43,027 nucleotides of DNA from Candidatus Micrarchaeota archaeon (lineage in GTDB: Archaea; Micrarchaeota; Micrarchaeia; Burarchaeales; JAKAKT01). The stretch lies in assembly GCA_043814255.1 (NCBI GenBank), contig JBDRKD010000060.1, positions 1-43,027 of the forward strand, written 5' to 3'. Numbering within the stretch: position 1 is the stretch's first letter; each line of letters opens with the position of its first letter. The notes below the pieces were generated by a model. That model did no database searches, was not told where the DNA came from, and was given only the letters and a program-made list of their open reading frames with translations. Shown here piece after piece: positions 26,895-35,854 of this stretch. The translations under genes and the position numbers were made by a program.

Positions 26895-27875
26895 TCAACA
26901 AATCCTCGGGACAATCCTGCCAGTAGGTGCAGGCAGGATCCTCCTCCCTAACATCGTCTGAATAACAACGTTGTTACCAGCAGTTATCTCCCCGATGACG
27001 CTCGCATCACCGTTGAATTTCCGCAAGCGCTTCTCCACTTCCCCCGCGTTCTCTTTTGATGCCACGCACACAAACCTCCCCTCACATGCAAGTTCATAAA
27101 GGTTTATGCCGAGTATCTCAGTGACTCTCCTCACCTCCTGCTTGGCAGGAACAGACCCCTCATCCAGAAGCATACCCACTCCATGTTTCCCACACAATTC
27201 ATTCAGGATTGCAGCCACCCCCCCTCTTGTGGGGTCCTTTGCAATCTTTATTATGTCTCTTACTGCGTCCATCTCCTCAATCAGTGGCTTCGAATCAGTA
27301 ACAACATCGGTTTCATAATCAAATCTCCTTGATAGGAGTGCGACCGCATGTTCCCCCAGCCCCCCAGAGAGTATCACTTTGTCTCCGGGCCCTATCGCTT
27401 TAGTTAGCAGCTCCTCCTCCCTTAACAACCCGACACCAGAAGTATTTATCACCAGCTTATCGATTTTACCCCTCTCCATCACCTTAGTATCGCCAGTAAC
27501 AACCGGGACACGTGCTTTTTTTGAGACTCTACCCACGGACCCAATTATCCTATCCAACTCTTCCGCTGAAAACCCCTCCTCTATAATCAAGCTCAAAGAC
27601 AAACCAATAGGCTTTGCGCCCATCACCACCAAGTCGTTGATTGTCCCACACACAGCCAGATGGCCGATATCCCCGCCTGGAAAGAATAGTGGGTCAACAG
27701 TAAACGAATCCGTTGTCAATACAAGCTGTTTTTTCCCACCCAAACCCAAGGTTGCAGAATCATTGTCAAAATTCTCCCACCCGCCCCTAAAGAACGAGAA
27801 TCCCTTTATGAGCTCACTCATCTCCTTCCCACCAGAGCCCTGGGATAATGTGATGAACTTCTTTTTCACAATCAT
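26895..27875 (-). CDS. hypE: Hydrogenase maturation protein HypE
   Basis: Ends with the diagnostic PRIC. AIR-synthase-like body. ATG 27875 forms an ATGA overlap with the hypD stop; the longer track start is unlikely. Confidence 0.9.
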   Translation of the reverse strand: MIVKKKFITLSQGSGGKEMSELIKGFSFFRGGWENFDNDSATLGLGGKKQLVLTTDSFTVDPLFFPGGDIGHLAVCGTINDLVVMGAKPIGLSLSLIIEEGFSAEELDRIIGSVGRVSKKARVPVVTGDTKVMERGKIDKLVINTSGVGLLREEELLTKAIGPGDKVILSGGLGEHAVALLSRRFDYETDVVTDSKPLIEEMDAVRDIIKIAKDPTRGGVAAILNELCGKHGVGMLLDEGSVPAKQEVRRVTEILGINLYELACEGRFVCVASKENAGEVEKRLRKFNGDASVIGEITAGNNVVIQTMLGRRILPAPTGRIVPRIC

Positions 27876-28912
27876 GCACCTTTCCCATACCTGTATGCTA
27901 TTGCGCATGTTCCCTCTGATGACACCATGCACGGCCCCTGCGGGTTCTCAGGGGTACACGCCTTTCCATACAACGGACAGGCAGATGAATCTATCAGCCC
28001 CTTAAGTATCTCGCCGCACCTGCAGCCTGTTTTTTTTGGCGCAGGCACTTTAGCCAGCAAATCAGTATACTTCATTTTGGCATTCAACTCCCCCTCCCTC
28101 ACTTCCAAACCAGATAATGGGAGGGTTCCCAATCCCCTCCACTCACTATCTGCAACATAGAAGTGTTCCCTGAGCAGTTTCTGGGCAACCCTATTCCCCT
28201 CCTTCTTTACCGCTTCGGGATAACCATTAACAACAATTGACCTCTTGTCCCGTATAAGCTCCACAAGTATGCTCAATGCCCTGAGAACCCTCTCAGGAGT
28301 AAAGCCAGATATCACTTGGGGAATCTCTATCCCCCCGTATGCATCGGCACCTATTATCGTGGAAACATGGCCTGGATCGATGAAACCATCTATTCTCACC
28401 TCTCCATCAATCAGGACTTTTAGGGCCGGTGGGACAAGCTTGTGCACAGAGTAGACGCACACGCCATTCTTTAGTAGATATGTGGTCATTGGTGCTGTTG
28501 TCTCAAATCCAACTCCAAAGAACACCACATCTGAATGTTTTTTCCTTATTTCCATTACTTCAGCAGCAGAATAAACTTCAAATATCCTGCCCCCCATCGC
28601 CCGTGCATCATCTAGGCTGTGACGACTTCCAGGCACTTTCAACATATCCCCATACGTCGCAACAGGGATGCCCTCATCAGCCAATGCAATCATCGAGTCG
28701 ATATCCCGCTGCGAGCTGACGCATACGGGGCATCCCGGACCTGAGATGAGCCTTAAATTCGCAGGTAATAGCTCCTGTATGCCATATTGCATAATCACGT
28801 TCGTGTGCCCGCCACATATCTCCATAATTGTGACATCCCTACCTATCTCTTTTGCAACCTCCTTAATCCTCTGGACATGTCTCTTCATCAGTTTCCTATC
28901 CCCATAATCCAT
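27872..28912 (-). CDS. hypD: Hydrogenase maturation protein HypD
   Basis: GPGCPVCV motif. The track start at 28939 is ATT; the first ATG is at 28912 (MDYGDRKL...), 4 nt after the hypC stop. Confidence 0.9.
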   Translation of the reverse strand: MDYGDRKLMKRHVQRIKEVAKEIGRDVTIMEICGGHTNVIMQYGIQELLPANLRLISGPGCPVCVSSQRDIDSMIALADEGIPVATYGDMLKVPGSRHSLDDARAMGGRIFEVYSAAEVMEIRKKHSDVVFFGVGFETTAPMTTYLLKNGVCVYSVHKLVPPALKVLIDGEVRIDGFIDPGHVSTIIGADAYGGIEIPQVISGFTPERVLRALSILVELIRDKRSIVVNGYPEAVKKEGNRVAQKLLREHFYVADSEWRGLGTLPLSGLEVREGELNAKMKYTDLLAKVPAPKKTGCRCGEILKGLIDSSACPLYGKACTPENPQGPCMVSSEGTCAIAYRYGKGA

Positions 28913-28916
28913 AAAC

Positions 28917-29144
28917 TCATCCTTTCTCTGTTTCAGCAATGTACTCCCTGATAAGCTGCAATGACTCCTCAGCAGACTTCTTCTCCAGTTTCTCTATTGC
29001 AAAACCAGCATGAATCAGTATATAATCCCCCACAGCTACTTCATCCATGAGCGAGATGTTGGCTTTCTTCCTGACTCCGCCATAATCTACAGTAGCGTTA
29101 TCCCCTTCTACCTTGAGTATCCTTGCAGGAATTGCATAACACAT
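28917..29144 (-). CDS. hypC: Hydrogenase maturation chaperone HypC
   Basis: 75 aa. N-terminal MCYAIPA with the essential Cys2. Confidence 0.88.
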   Translation of the reverse strand: MCYAIPARILKVEGDNATVDYGGVRKKANISLMDEVAVGDYILIHAGFAIEKLEKKSAEESLQLIREYIAETEKG

Positions 29145-29238
29145 ATTACCGACCTATCCTTAGCTTGCTCACTACCGAATACATTAATATTCAACCGATA
29201 AATAAATAACCGCTGATGTTCCAAGGAATAGTGATAAT

Positions 29239-29709
29239 ATGCTATATGAAGGCCGACCCCACAGGCTATATATGCGAAAACTAAGGTTAGTGTATTGGGG
29301 ATTTCTGACGATATCCCTGTTCTTGTTCATGGCCCTCGTAAGCAGTGCTCTTGAGGTCATTTCACCATTAAACCCAGAGGTATTCGTTCTGGTGTTGATG
29401 CTCAGCATCCTATCAGGTGAAATCTATGCACGGCTGCTGATTAAGAGCTACAGGTATGGGATTGATGATGATTCCGTGAATTTCGAGGGTGGAGTGCTCA
29501 TAAAAACGAGGAGAAAGATATCGTTTCACAAGGTAACTGATGTCACAACAACGCAGGACACATTCGACCAGGCCCTCGGCCTCTCCACCCTGCATGTGAA
29601 GACAGGTGGTTCAGACCCTCTTGAAATAACGTTCTACGGACTTAAGGACCCATCCGAGCCGGAGAACATAATCAAGGGGAAATTAACAGGTGCCAAGCCA
29701 CAAGAATGA
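29239..29709 (+). CDS. Membrane protein with a bacterial PH (bPH2/YdbS-like) domain
   Basis: Two N-terminal TM helices, then FEGGVLIKTRRKISFHKVTDVTTTQDTFDQALGLSTLHVKTGG, the typical bPH2 signature. Confidence 0.65.
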   Translation: MLYEGRPHRLYMRKLRLVYWGFLTISLFLFMALVSSALEVISPLNPEVFVLVLMLSILSGEIYARLLIKSYRYGIDDDSVNFEGGVLIKTRRKISFHKVTDVTTTQDTFDQALGLSTLHVKTGGSDPLEITFYGLKDPSEPENIIKGKLTGAKPQE

Positions 29710-29806
29710 CTATAAATCCAATAACAAAAATTGAAACCCACGTATTCGACAGAATGTAAACCGTTATAAATAATAATCATAGTAATATAATGGGGGGGGT
29801 AGCACA

Positions 29807-32662
29807 ATGAAAACAACATTTGTGACTATTGTTGCACTGCTCATCGCCTGCAGTGCATATGGATTTGATGCCAAAACAGGATTTGAGCCAAGCGAGATTC
29901 CTCAAATCGAGGAGAAGGACATACTGCCAACCCAAAAAGTCATTCAAGTTCCTGATGGCTCTGAGATGGTCATCGATTATGAGAAAGGCGTTGTAATCTA
30001 CGAAGGGATTGTTACTCCCATTATTGTAGATGAGCTTGTCGGCCCGGATTCAGAGCCCGTTAAAGCTCAAACATCACCCCCAGAAGGATTCGTTAATTTG
30101 ACATATTATGACGACCAAGGCAATGTTTCATTCGATGTCTATATCGAAGATACCTTCTATGCAGGCAACCAGGCAGCTCTTGTTGACTTCTGGGATAAAT
30201 TTGCCCCGCGGTATGAGATACTGAAGAACATGACCGGCTGGAGTGCAAAGCGCTGGTATAATAACTATCTCCGAATATATGTGTACGGTCATCCAACAGC
30301 ATGCTACGGTGGGAATGCATCAGCAGTAGTGTCAAATGTGATTTTCTCAGACCCAATGTACAAGACTGGGTGCGATAAACCATACTATGAGAACGGCACA
30401 CCATATTATGGCAACCCAAACGAACTGGGGGACTGGTGGCCGTACATGGCTACTGCTCTTCATGAAGCAACGCATTCAATAACCCCACATCCCATCTATA
30501 TGCGTGCCTGGTTGACTGAAGGGTTCTCAGAATACTATATGTATAATGTTATTGCCGAATCTGGAGACATCAACCAGGAGACTGCAGATACCTACTTGCA
30601 CAACGGTATTGAAGGCTATAAATGGGATGAGTACGTTGAAAACGATTACCGTGACACCAGTGTGGATAACAAGACATTGCAGCTAAGCAAGGGTTATGAT
30701 ATCACCGGTTGGCTCTGGTCAAAGCTTAGGGATGAGCATGGTTTGGATTGGGAAACGTTCTATTTCCTGATAAACAACAACAAGGAAACATTGGACAGGA
30801 CTCTCGGCCTTGGCCCGCCGTACATATACTTTACAGACACATTTATATTGGATGTTTTTGGGAAAGCCATGGGCTTTACGGACTTTGAAACGCAAACCAG
30901 ACCATTGTTCAGGTATGATGGGCCTGCAGGACCAGGCTATGGCGCAAGGGACATCAAGACTTGTGATTGGTACGGGGATCTGATTCCAACAACGCTGGTC
31001 TTTTCAAACGAGGAACCAGAGGAATGGGAAAACTTCAATATAACTGCAACCGTGAATAACACCGGAGATGTGAATATGAGAGGCATCTCTGCAAGGTTTT
31101 ATGACAACGGTGTTCTCATCTCCGAACAGTACTTTGACATCCTGAGATTCAGTAGTGTGGATATAAGTGTAGAGCACAGTTGCGGCGTGGGAGGTCACCA
31201 CATCGAAGTAAAAATCGATGAAGATCAGATAAAAATTGAACTGGACGATACCAACAATAACATCGCAGAGATAATGGGTGCTGGCTTTGCATTGAACCTG
31301 GAAGAATTCCCGATGTACGAAGCCCAGTCGCCTTACAATGAGAGAACAGGTGCGGCTGTCGCACAGATGACTCTGGATTACATGTATTGGAACAGCTCCC
31401 AAACTTCAACACCGCAGTCCATCTACGCACAGAGCTGGCTGCATGATTACGGAATCAATCTCAGCGGAAATCCAACATACATCGATACCACCGGGATGCT
31501 AAGCACGATTCAGGCCCTAAGACCGCTGCCATACTCCACATACCACTACAACTTCGGGGTCAGGAGCAGCACCAACTCCACATACGTCATCAATAACATC
31601 TGCAGATGGGTAGGCTACACAATAAACGCACCAGAGGGACACCCCACACACGTGCCAAGCATTGTCCCAACGTATGGTGGTTATACCAACTGGATGGCGA
31701 TTAGGGGCATCAACACGGATGTCGATCCCTATCCATCGCCAGAGAACCTGACCGTCTATGGATTCTGGGTCAATGACCCGTACCCATCATCCCTTGGGGG
31801 AATAGGTGAGAACAGCTATAAGACAATCTCAGAATGGCTGTCCACATACTTTGCTCCACTCACCACGGGGGATGCCTACGATGGCAACTATGTATCCATA
31901 AACGAGCCACCGATTGCAAACGACCAAATATCACTGACTCTTGCAACATCAGAAGCCAGATTCGATGTTGAAACGCAGGCAGCTGTAAGCAATGCCCAGG
32001 TAATGGCGATGGACACAGCAACCCCCTCATCAGTTATTGAAGAGGAAATAATTGAAGACGTAAATGACCTAATCATTCAGGCCGCAATCGATGCTGTTAA
32101 TGAGGAGCTAATCCCATTCGATGCAAGCTTTGCAGAGGCATTCGAAGGCACTGTTCCTGGCGAGCCTTTGCTTGTTCATAACTACGATGGCGCTGATTAT
32201 TACCTTGTGCCGTTCGATTATGTTAGCGACACCCCAGTTGCACTTCCAGAGGAACTATTTAGTGAGGCATCACTATCTATTCCTGAGGAGGAAGCTCCAA
32301 TCGAAGAGCGTTCAGGAACTTCAGTCGTTGTGATAATCGACGCAGAGGACGGGCATTTCAAGGAAGCCTCATGGACAACTGAACCATTCGAGTATCTTCC
32401 AATTTCAAAACAAGAGGCACTCAGCATTGTTCCAAGATACGTTCCAAGAGTCTCTGTGAAAGATTTGGGTGAGCCAATTGAGATTACTGAGTTAGAGAGG
32501 CCAACCATTGAGCTGGTAAGGAGATCTTCAACACCCTATTACCCGGAATGGAAGCTCCAGATTGCAGGAAAGACTTACTACGTAAAGCAGGATGGTTCCT
32601 ATTCCCCCAAACCGAAGTACCTGCCAGTGCAAGAGGAGATTGAGGAGCCAGAGGAAATCTAG
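29807..32662 (+). CDS. Secreted or lipid-anchored gluzincin-type metallopeptidase with a CARDB-like module and long C-terminal region
   Basis: Signal MKTTFVTIVALLIACSAYG. LHEATHS...(x)...WLTEGFSEYY matches the HExxH plus downstream Glu pattern of MA(E) peptidases. NITATVNNTGDV...HHIEVKIDEDQIKIELDDTNNN resembles a CARDB domain. Acidic C-terminus. Confidence 0.7.
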   Translation: MKTTFVTIVALLIACSAYGFDAKTGFEPSEIPQIEEKDILPTQKVIQVPDGSEMVIDYEKGVVIYEGIVTPIIVDELVGPDSEPVKAQTSPPEGFVNLTYYDDQGNVSFDVYIEDTFYAGNQAALVDFWDKFAPRYEILKNMTGWSAKRWYNNYLRIYVYGHPTACYGGNASAVVSNVIFSDPMYKTGCDKPYYENGTPYYGNPNELGDWWPYMATALHEATHSITPHPIYMRAWLTEGFSEYYMYNVIAESGDINQETADTYLHNGIEGYKWDEYVENDYRDTSVDNKTLQLSKGYDITGWLWSKLRDEHGLDWETFYFLINNNKETLDRTLGLGPPYIYFTDTFILDVFGKAMGFTDFETQTRPLFRYDGPAGPGYGARDIKTCDWYGDLIPTTLVFSNEEPEEWENFNITATVNNTGDVNMRGISARFYDNGVLISEQYFDILRFSSVDISVEHSCGVGGHHIEVKIDEDQIKIELDDTNNNIAEIMGAGFALNLEEFPMYEAQSPYNERTGAAVAQMTLDYMYWNSSQTSTPQSIYAQSWLHDYGINLSGNPTYIDTTGMLSTIQALRPLPYSTYHYNFGVRSSTNSTYVINNICRWVGYTINAPEGHPTHVPSIVPTYGGYTNWMAIRGINTDVDPYPSPENLTVYGFWVNDPYPSSLGGIGENSYKTISEWLSTYFAPLTTGDAYDGNYVSINEPPIANDQISLTLATSEARFDVETQAAVSNAQVMAMDTATPSSVIEEEIIEDVNDLIIQAAIDAVNEELIPFDASFAEAFEGTVPGEPLLVHNYDGADYYLVPFDYVSDTPVALPEELFSEASLSIPEEEAPIEERSGTSVVVIIDAEDGHFKEASWTTEPFEYLPISKQEALSIVPRYVPRVSVKDLGEPIEITELERPTIELVRRSSTPYYPEWKLQIAGKTYYVKQDGSYSPKPKYLPVQEEIEEPEEI

Positions 32663-32760
32663 TCCTCGTATGCCACCGCTTAAGAGGTTCGAGATGCAAG
32701 CACTGATTCTTAGCGTGGGAAGTCGAGTGGGTTATTGATAACGTGGGGAATCTGATATTC

Positions 32761-32806
32761 AAACCCAAGTAGGAAGCAATAAATACAGTGGAAATTATAG
32801 TTGAAA
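32761..32806 (+). promoter_or_regulatory. Copy 1 of a duplicated 46-bp promoter/leader element
   Basis: 42 of 46 nt match 37491-37536, including a 29-nt perfect core caataaatacagtggaaattatagttgaa. It contains aataaata (TATA-like) ~25 nt before ATG 32809 and ends 2 nt before that ATG. Confidence 0.6.
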
Positions 32807-32808
32807 TC

Positions 32809-33444
32809 ATGAAACTCACACATCTGCTCATTGTTTTGGTGTTCGGGCTGGGGTTATTGGGTTGCACGGGAAACGAGCCGAGGGCTTGCACGATGGAAGC
32901 CAAGGTCTGTCCTGACGGCTCAGCAGTCGGCAGAAATGTCTCGAACAACTGCGAGTTCGACCCCTGCCCGAGCTTCCGATATTGCGATGCAGCGACCCAG
33001 TGCGCAAGAGGAACTTGCTACAAGTTCCAGGATTTGGACAGGTCGATTTGCTGGCAAGGAGCAGATCCATGCGAAAGGTGCGAGTCTAAGAAATGCTCAA
33101 TACTAGAGTCATACCCTGCCCAAATAATGTGCGGGGAGACCCCCCCTGCCGAAACCTCTCCGAATACAACATCCCCTTCAACAACGCCGCCAGAACCAAC
33201 GCCCCCCATAGACACAGAGGATAATTTAACCGATTGCAGTAACGAAACACTGCCTGATGACTGTTACTACAAGATTGCAACTGCAAGAAAAGACGGTTCG
33301 TTTTGCGATAATATTGCTGCACCCAACAAGAGGGATGCTTGTTATTACGTGGTTGCCCTCCAGAATAAAGACGAAAGCAACTGTGAAAAAATAAGCGATG
33401 AGCTTCTTAAAGGCCAGTGCGAACACCTGTTTACACGGCCCTAA
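32809..33444 (+). CDS. Cys-rich secreted lipoprotein
   Basis: The track start at 32788 is a GTG inside the repeat. ATG 32809 gives MKLTHLLIVLVFGLGLLGC (lipobox). CTMEAKVCPDGSAVGRNVSNNCEFDPC motif, a Pro/Thr linker, and C-Y-x3-A...C-x2-I type Cys repeats. Confidence 0.75.
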   Translation: MKLTHLLIVLVFGLGLLGCTGNEPRACTMEAKVCPDGSAVGRNVSNNCEFDPCPSFRYCDAATQCARGTCYKFQDLDRSICWQGADPCERCESKKCSILESYPAQIMCGETPPAETSPNTTSPSTTPPEPTPPIDTEDNLTDCSNETLPDDCYYKIATARKDGSFCDNIAAPNKRDACYYVVALQNKDESNCEKISDELLKGQCEHLFTRP

Positions 33445-33488
33445 AATCTATTTACAAACGGATTTACAGCCTGTTGACAAATCTTACT

Positions 33489-33537
33489 AAGCTAGGGGAG
33501 GGCACGCCGAATAGATTAAAGCGACACGGTTATTTAA
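33489..33537. repeat. Bipartite repeat, copy A (AAGCTAGGGGAGGGCACG-n10-TAAAGCGACACGG)
   Basis: 18-nt and 13-nt blocks are identical to 42109-42126 and 42138-42150. It lies at the transition into the AT-richer segment, ~70 nt upstream of the ParD-like gene. Confidence 0.8.
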
Positions 33538-33607
33538 TCGTTATCGTGCCTACTCAATGCATAATGTTTATATACCTGAATGCTCATCTATTAAACATGG
33601 TGATGTT

Positions 33608-33844
33608 ATGAACGTCAACCTTGGAACCCCCTACGAGAGCATAATGAACAAGATAATCGAAAAGGAGTATGCTGGAAATCAAACAGAAGTAATCAGACAG
33701 GCTTTGCTCGCTTACTACAGCATGCTTGAGGAAGAGGAGGTCCGTCTTGTGAACAAGGGCATTGAGTTCGAAATGCAGGAAATTCAAAAAGGAAAAGTGA
33801 AAACAAAGAGCGTTGAGACACTTAAAAAGAAATATCGGCTGTGA
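33608..33844 (+). CDS. ParD/CopG-like ribbon-helix-helix antitoxin
   Basis: ATG 33608 with GGTGA 5 nt upstream and tttatata at 33567-33574. MNVNLGTPYESIMNKIIEKEYAGNQTEVIRQALLAYY resembles ParD-type antitoxins. Its stop overlaps the toxin start. Confidence 0.6.
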   Translation: MNVNLGTPYESIMNKIIEKEYAGNQTEVIRQALLAYYSMLEEEEVRLVNKGIEFEMQEIQKGKVKTKSVETLKKKYRL

Positions 33845-34110
33845 TGCCCATGAAAATACATATCTCAGAAAAATCTGAGAGAGAGCTAGACAAAATGGAA
33901 CCCGAACTCAGAAAGCTGTTTTTCAAGCACATGGAAAAGATAAATGAAATGCCCCCAAGAAGGCATCTTAAGTTCGGGATGCCATTCAATGTGGAGGATG
34001 TGACGCGCCAGGCAAGAATGCTCTATCACATCCAAGGAGATATCCTCTACGTAGTCAAGTGCTTCCAAAACCATAAGGAATACGAGCGCTGGTACAAGTC
34101 ATTCAAATAA
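33844..34110 (+). CDS. RelE/ParE-superfamily toxin
   Basis: 88 aa with a TGATG overlap with the antitoxin. Size and basic/aromatic C-terminus (...ILYVVKCFQNHKEYERWYKSFK) fit RelE/ParE toxins. The assignment rests mainly on context. Confidence 0.5.
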   Translation: MPMKIHISEKSERELDKMEPELRKLFFKHMEKINEMPPRRHLKFGMPFNVEDVTRQARMLYHIQGDILYVVKCFQNHKEYERWYKSFK

Positions 34111-34139
34111 GATCCGAGGTCAATTATCCAAAATCTTAA

Positions 34140-34283
34140 GTTATCACCGATTCAACAAGCCCAAGTGATTCGGTTATAACTCTCCCTAAGCAGCTCGTGA
34201 AGTCTAAGAATTGGGATAAGGGCACTGAGCTGATGGCAATGTTTAACGAGCGGGGAAATGTTGAGTTTTATAAAATAGCCTGA
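34140..34283 (+). pseudogene. Start-less 47-codon frame encoding an AbrB/SpoVT-like fragment
   Basis: Translation gives VITDSTSPSDSVITLPKQLVKSKNWDKGTELMAMFNERGNVEFYKIA-stop. ITLPKQLVK...G.EL is the swapped-hairpin antitoxin signature. There is a stop at 34137-34139 and no ATG/GTG/TTG until 34197. Confidence 0.35.
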
Positions 34284-34296
34284 TCAATCTTTTTAC

Positions 34297-35052
34297 ATGG
34301 ACATAAACGATGCCTGGAAGAACACCTGCCGTGTTATTTTTGGTGAGGAAATAGGGGATTTGGATGAGTTCTCAGATTATCTAACTAAATATGTTGAACC
34401 TATTTATGAAAAGAAATCTTGCATTTCAGGAAAACCCACAGTTATCTCATCTCCCTTTCCAGAAAGAGCCAGATTCATCAGCAATGATGAGACAGACGAA
34501 TACAATAGGATGATGGAAAACTTAAAACTGGATATAAACGAGATAAAAGACATCGATTCTATTCTTGGAGCTTTGAAGGATAAACTCTATTACAGCGGGA
34601 ATATAGTTGTGGGAAACAGCCGAAACGTTCAAAATTCCGACAGCTGTGGAAACGTTTCTTTCGTATACAAATCAATAGAAATTTATGATAGCAAGTATGT
34701 GGCATACTCCAGTTTTCGTAGGTTCGATGAGTTCGTGTTTGGTTCTACTTTAGGAGGAGAATCAAAATTCGTCATAAAGGGTTTTGGGAATTACAGGAAC
34801 AGGAGATGCATGGGCACTCTACGCACCTTCACCTCATCAGACTGCTATTACACAGCAAACCTTGAGGACTGCACAAACTGCATGTTCTCATTCAACCAAA
34901 AGAGCAAGCACAACCTGATAGGGAACCTACAACTTCCCCCTGATGAATACTCTGAATTAAAAAACAAGCTGATACGGGAGATGAGAGATACTCTGAAAGA
35001 GAAGAAGGAGATTCCAACCATAGTGGAAGTTCTTGGTGGTGGAGATGAATAA
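34297..35052 (+). CDS. Cys-repeat protein, paralog A (uncharacterised family)
   Basis: ttttataaaata at 34266-34277 is centred ~26 nt upstream of the ATG. No signal peptide. The C-terminal half has ~15-residue repeats ending ...SSDCYYTANLEDCTNCMFSFNQKSKHNLIGN. It aligns with the next gene over its full length. Confidence 0.7.
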   Translation: MDINDAWKNTCRVIFGEEIGDLDEFSDYLTKYVEPIYEKKSCISGKPTVISSPFPERARFISNDETDEYNRMMENLKLDINEIKDIDSILGALKDKLYYSGNIVVGNSRNVQNSDSCGNVSFVYKSIEIYDSKYVAYSSFRRFDEFVFGSTLGGESKFVIKGFGNYRNRRCMGTLRTFTSSDCYYTANLEDCTNCMFSFNQKSKHNLIGNLQLPPDEYSELKNKLIREMRDTLKEKKEIPTIVEVLGGGDE

Positions 35053-35806
35053 GGAGATTGAAAGGGCCTTCAACAGAACTACAAAAATAGTTATTGGAAA
35101 AGAACTCCTGCATCTATCCGATTATGGGAGATGGCTTACAAGCAATGTAAAACCACCCATAAAACAACCCTCTGCTTTGAGCAAACGCTTAATCTTTATT
35201 CAACCATTCTCTTTCTTCAATTCAGTTAGAAAAAGGGCAGTGAAACTTGATGAAGCTCCTGAATTCGGGAAGAAATCCCTCTCAAAGGAAGAGGTTAAGG
35301 AACTCACTTTGGAAAATGCTACAGAAAAACTAAAAGACATAGGATATTTTACAACGGAAGTTATAAGGGGCAACAACCTCTCAGTGGAGGAATCAGGGAC
35401 ATACGCAGATTCCAGCTACTGCTTTAACGGAACTCTTTTTGTCAACAGCAAATATTGCGCCTATTGCCTCTGGCCACGAGAATCAGAATATTCATTCGGC
35501 TCGTCATTCATCTTCTCCTCAAAGTTCTGCCTAAAATGCCATCATTCCATTAATCTCACGAGATGCTTTGAAGTGAGCCATTCTGCTAACTGCAGTGACT
35601 GCTACTTCTGCCACAACTGCGATAACCTTCAAGATTGCATGTTCTGTTTCAACACAAAGAACAAACGATATTCTATAGCTAACGTTGAACTTGAGAGAAA
35701 AGAATATCTACGAATAAAAAAGATACTCCTCGACTTCATAAACAAGGAGCTTGACAAAAAGAAATCTCTTGAGTTGAGCATATTCAACATTGGGGTCACG
35801 GGGTAG
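35045..35806 (+). CDS. Cys-repeat protein, paralog B
   Basis: The track start at 35033 is TTG. ATG 35045 has GGTGGTGGAG upstream and overlaps gene A by 8 nt. Repeats: SKYCAYC, SKFCLKC, CSDCYFCHNCDNLQDCMFCFNTKNKRYSIAN. Confidence 0.7.
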   Translation: MNKEIERAFNRTTKIVIGKELLHLSDYGRWLTSNVKPPIKQPSALSKRLIFIQPFSFFNSVRKRAVKLDEAPEFGKKSLSKEEVKELTLENATEKLKDIGYFTTEVIRGNNLSVEESGTYADSSYCFNGTLFVNSKYCAYCLWPRESEYSFGSSFIFSSKFCLKCHHSINLTRCFEVSHSANCSDCYFCHNCDNLQDCMFCFNTKNKRYSIANVELERKEYLRIKKILLDFINKELDKKKSLELSIFNIGVTG

Positions 35807-35854
35807 AACGGAAGCGGAACCGGGCTAGCGGGCTGCTTTATCTGAAACCGAAAA

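Noticed and set aside
32788-32808. 'MEIIVE' GTG starts proposed by the track at 32788 and 37518
   Set aside because: The identical peptide arises only because both GTGs lie inside the duplicated promoter element. The downstream ATGs give sensible N-termini (a signal peptide and a basic cytoplasmic start).
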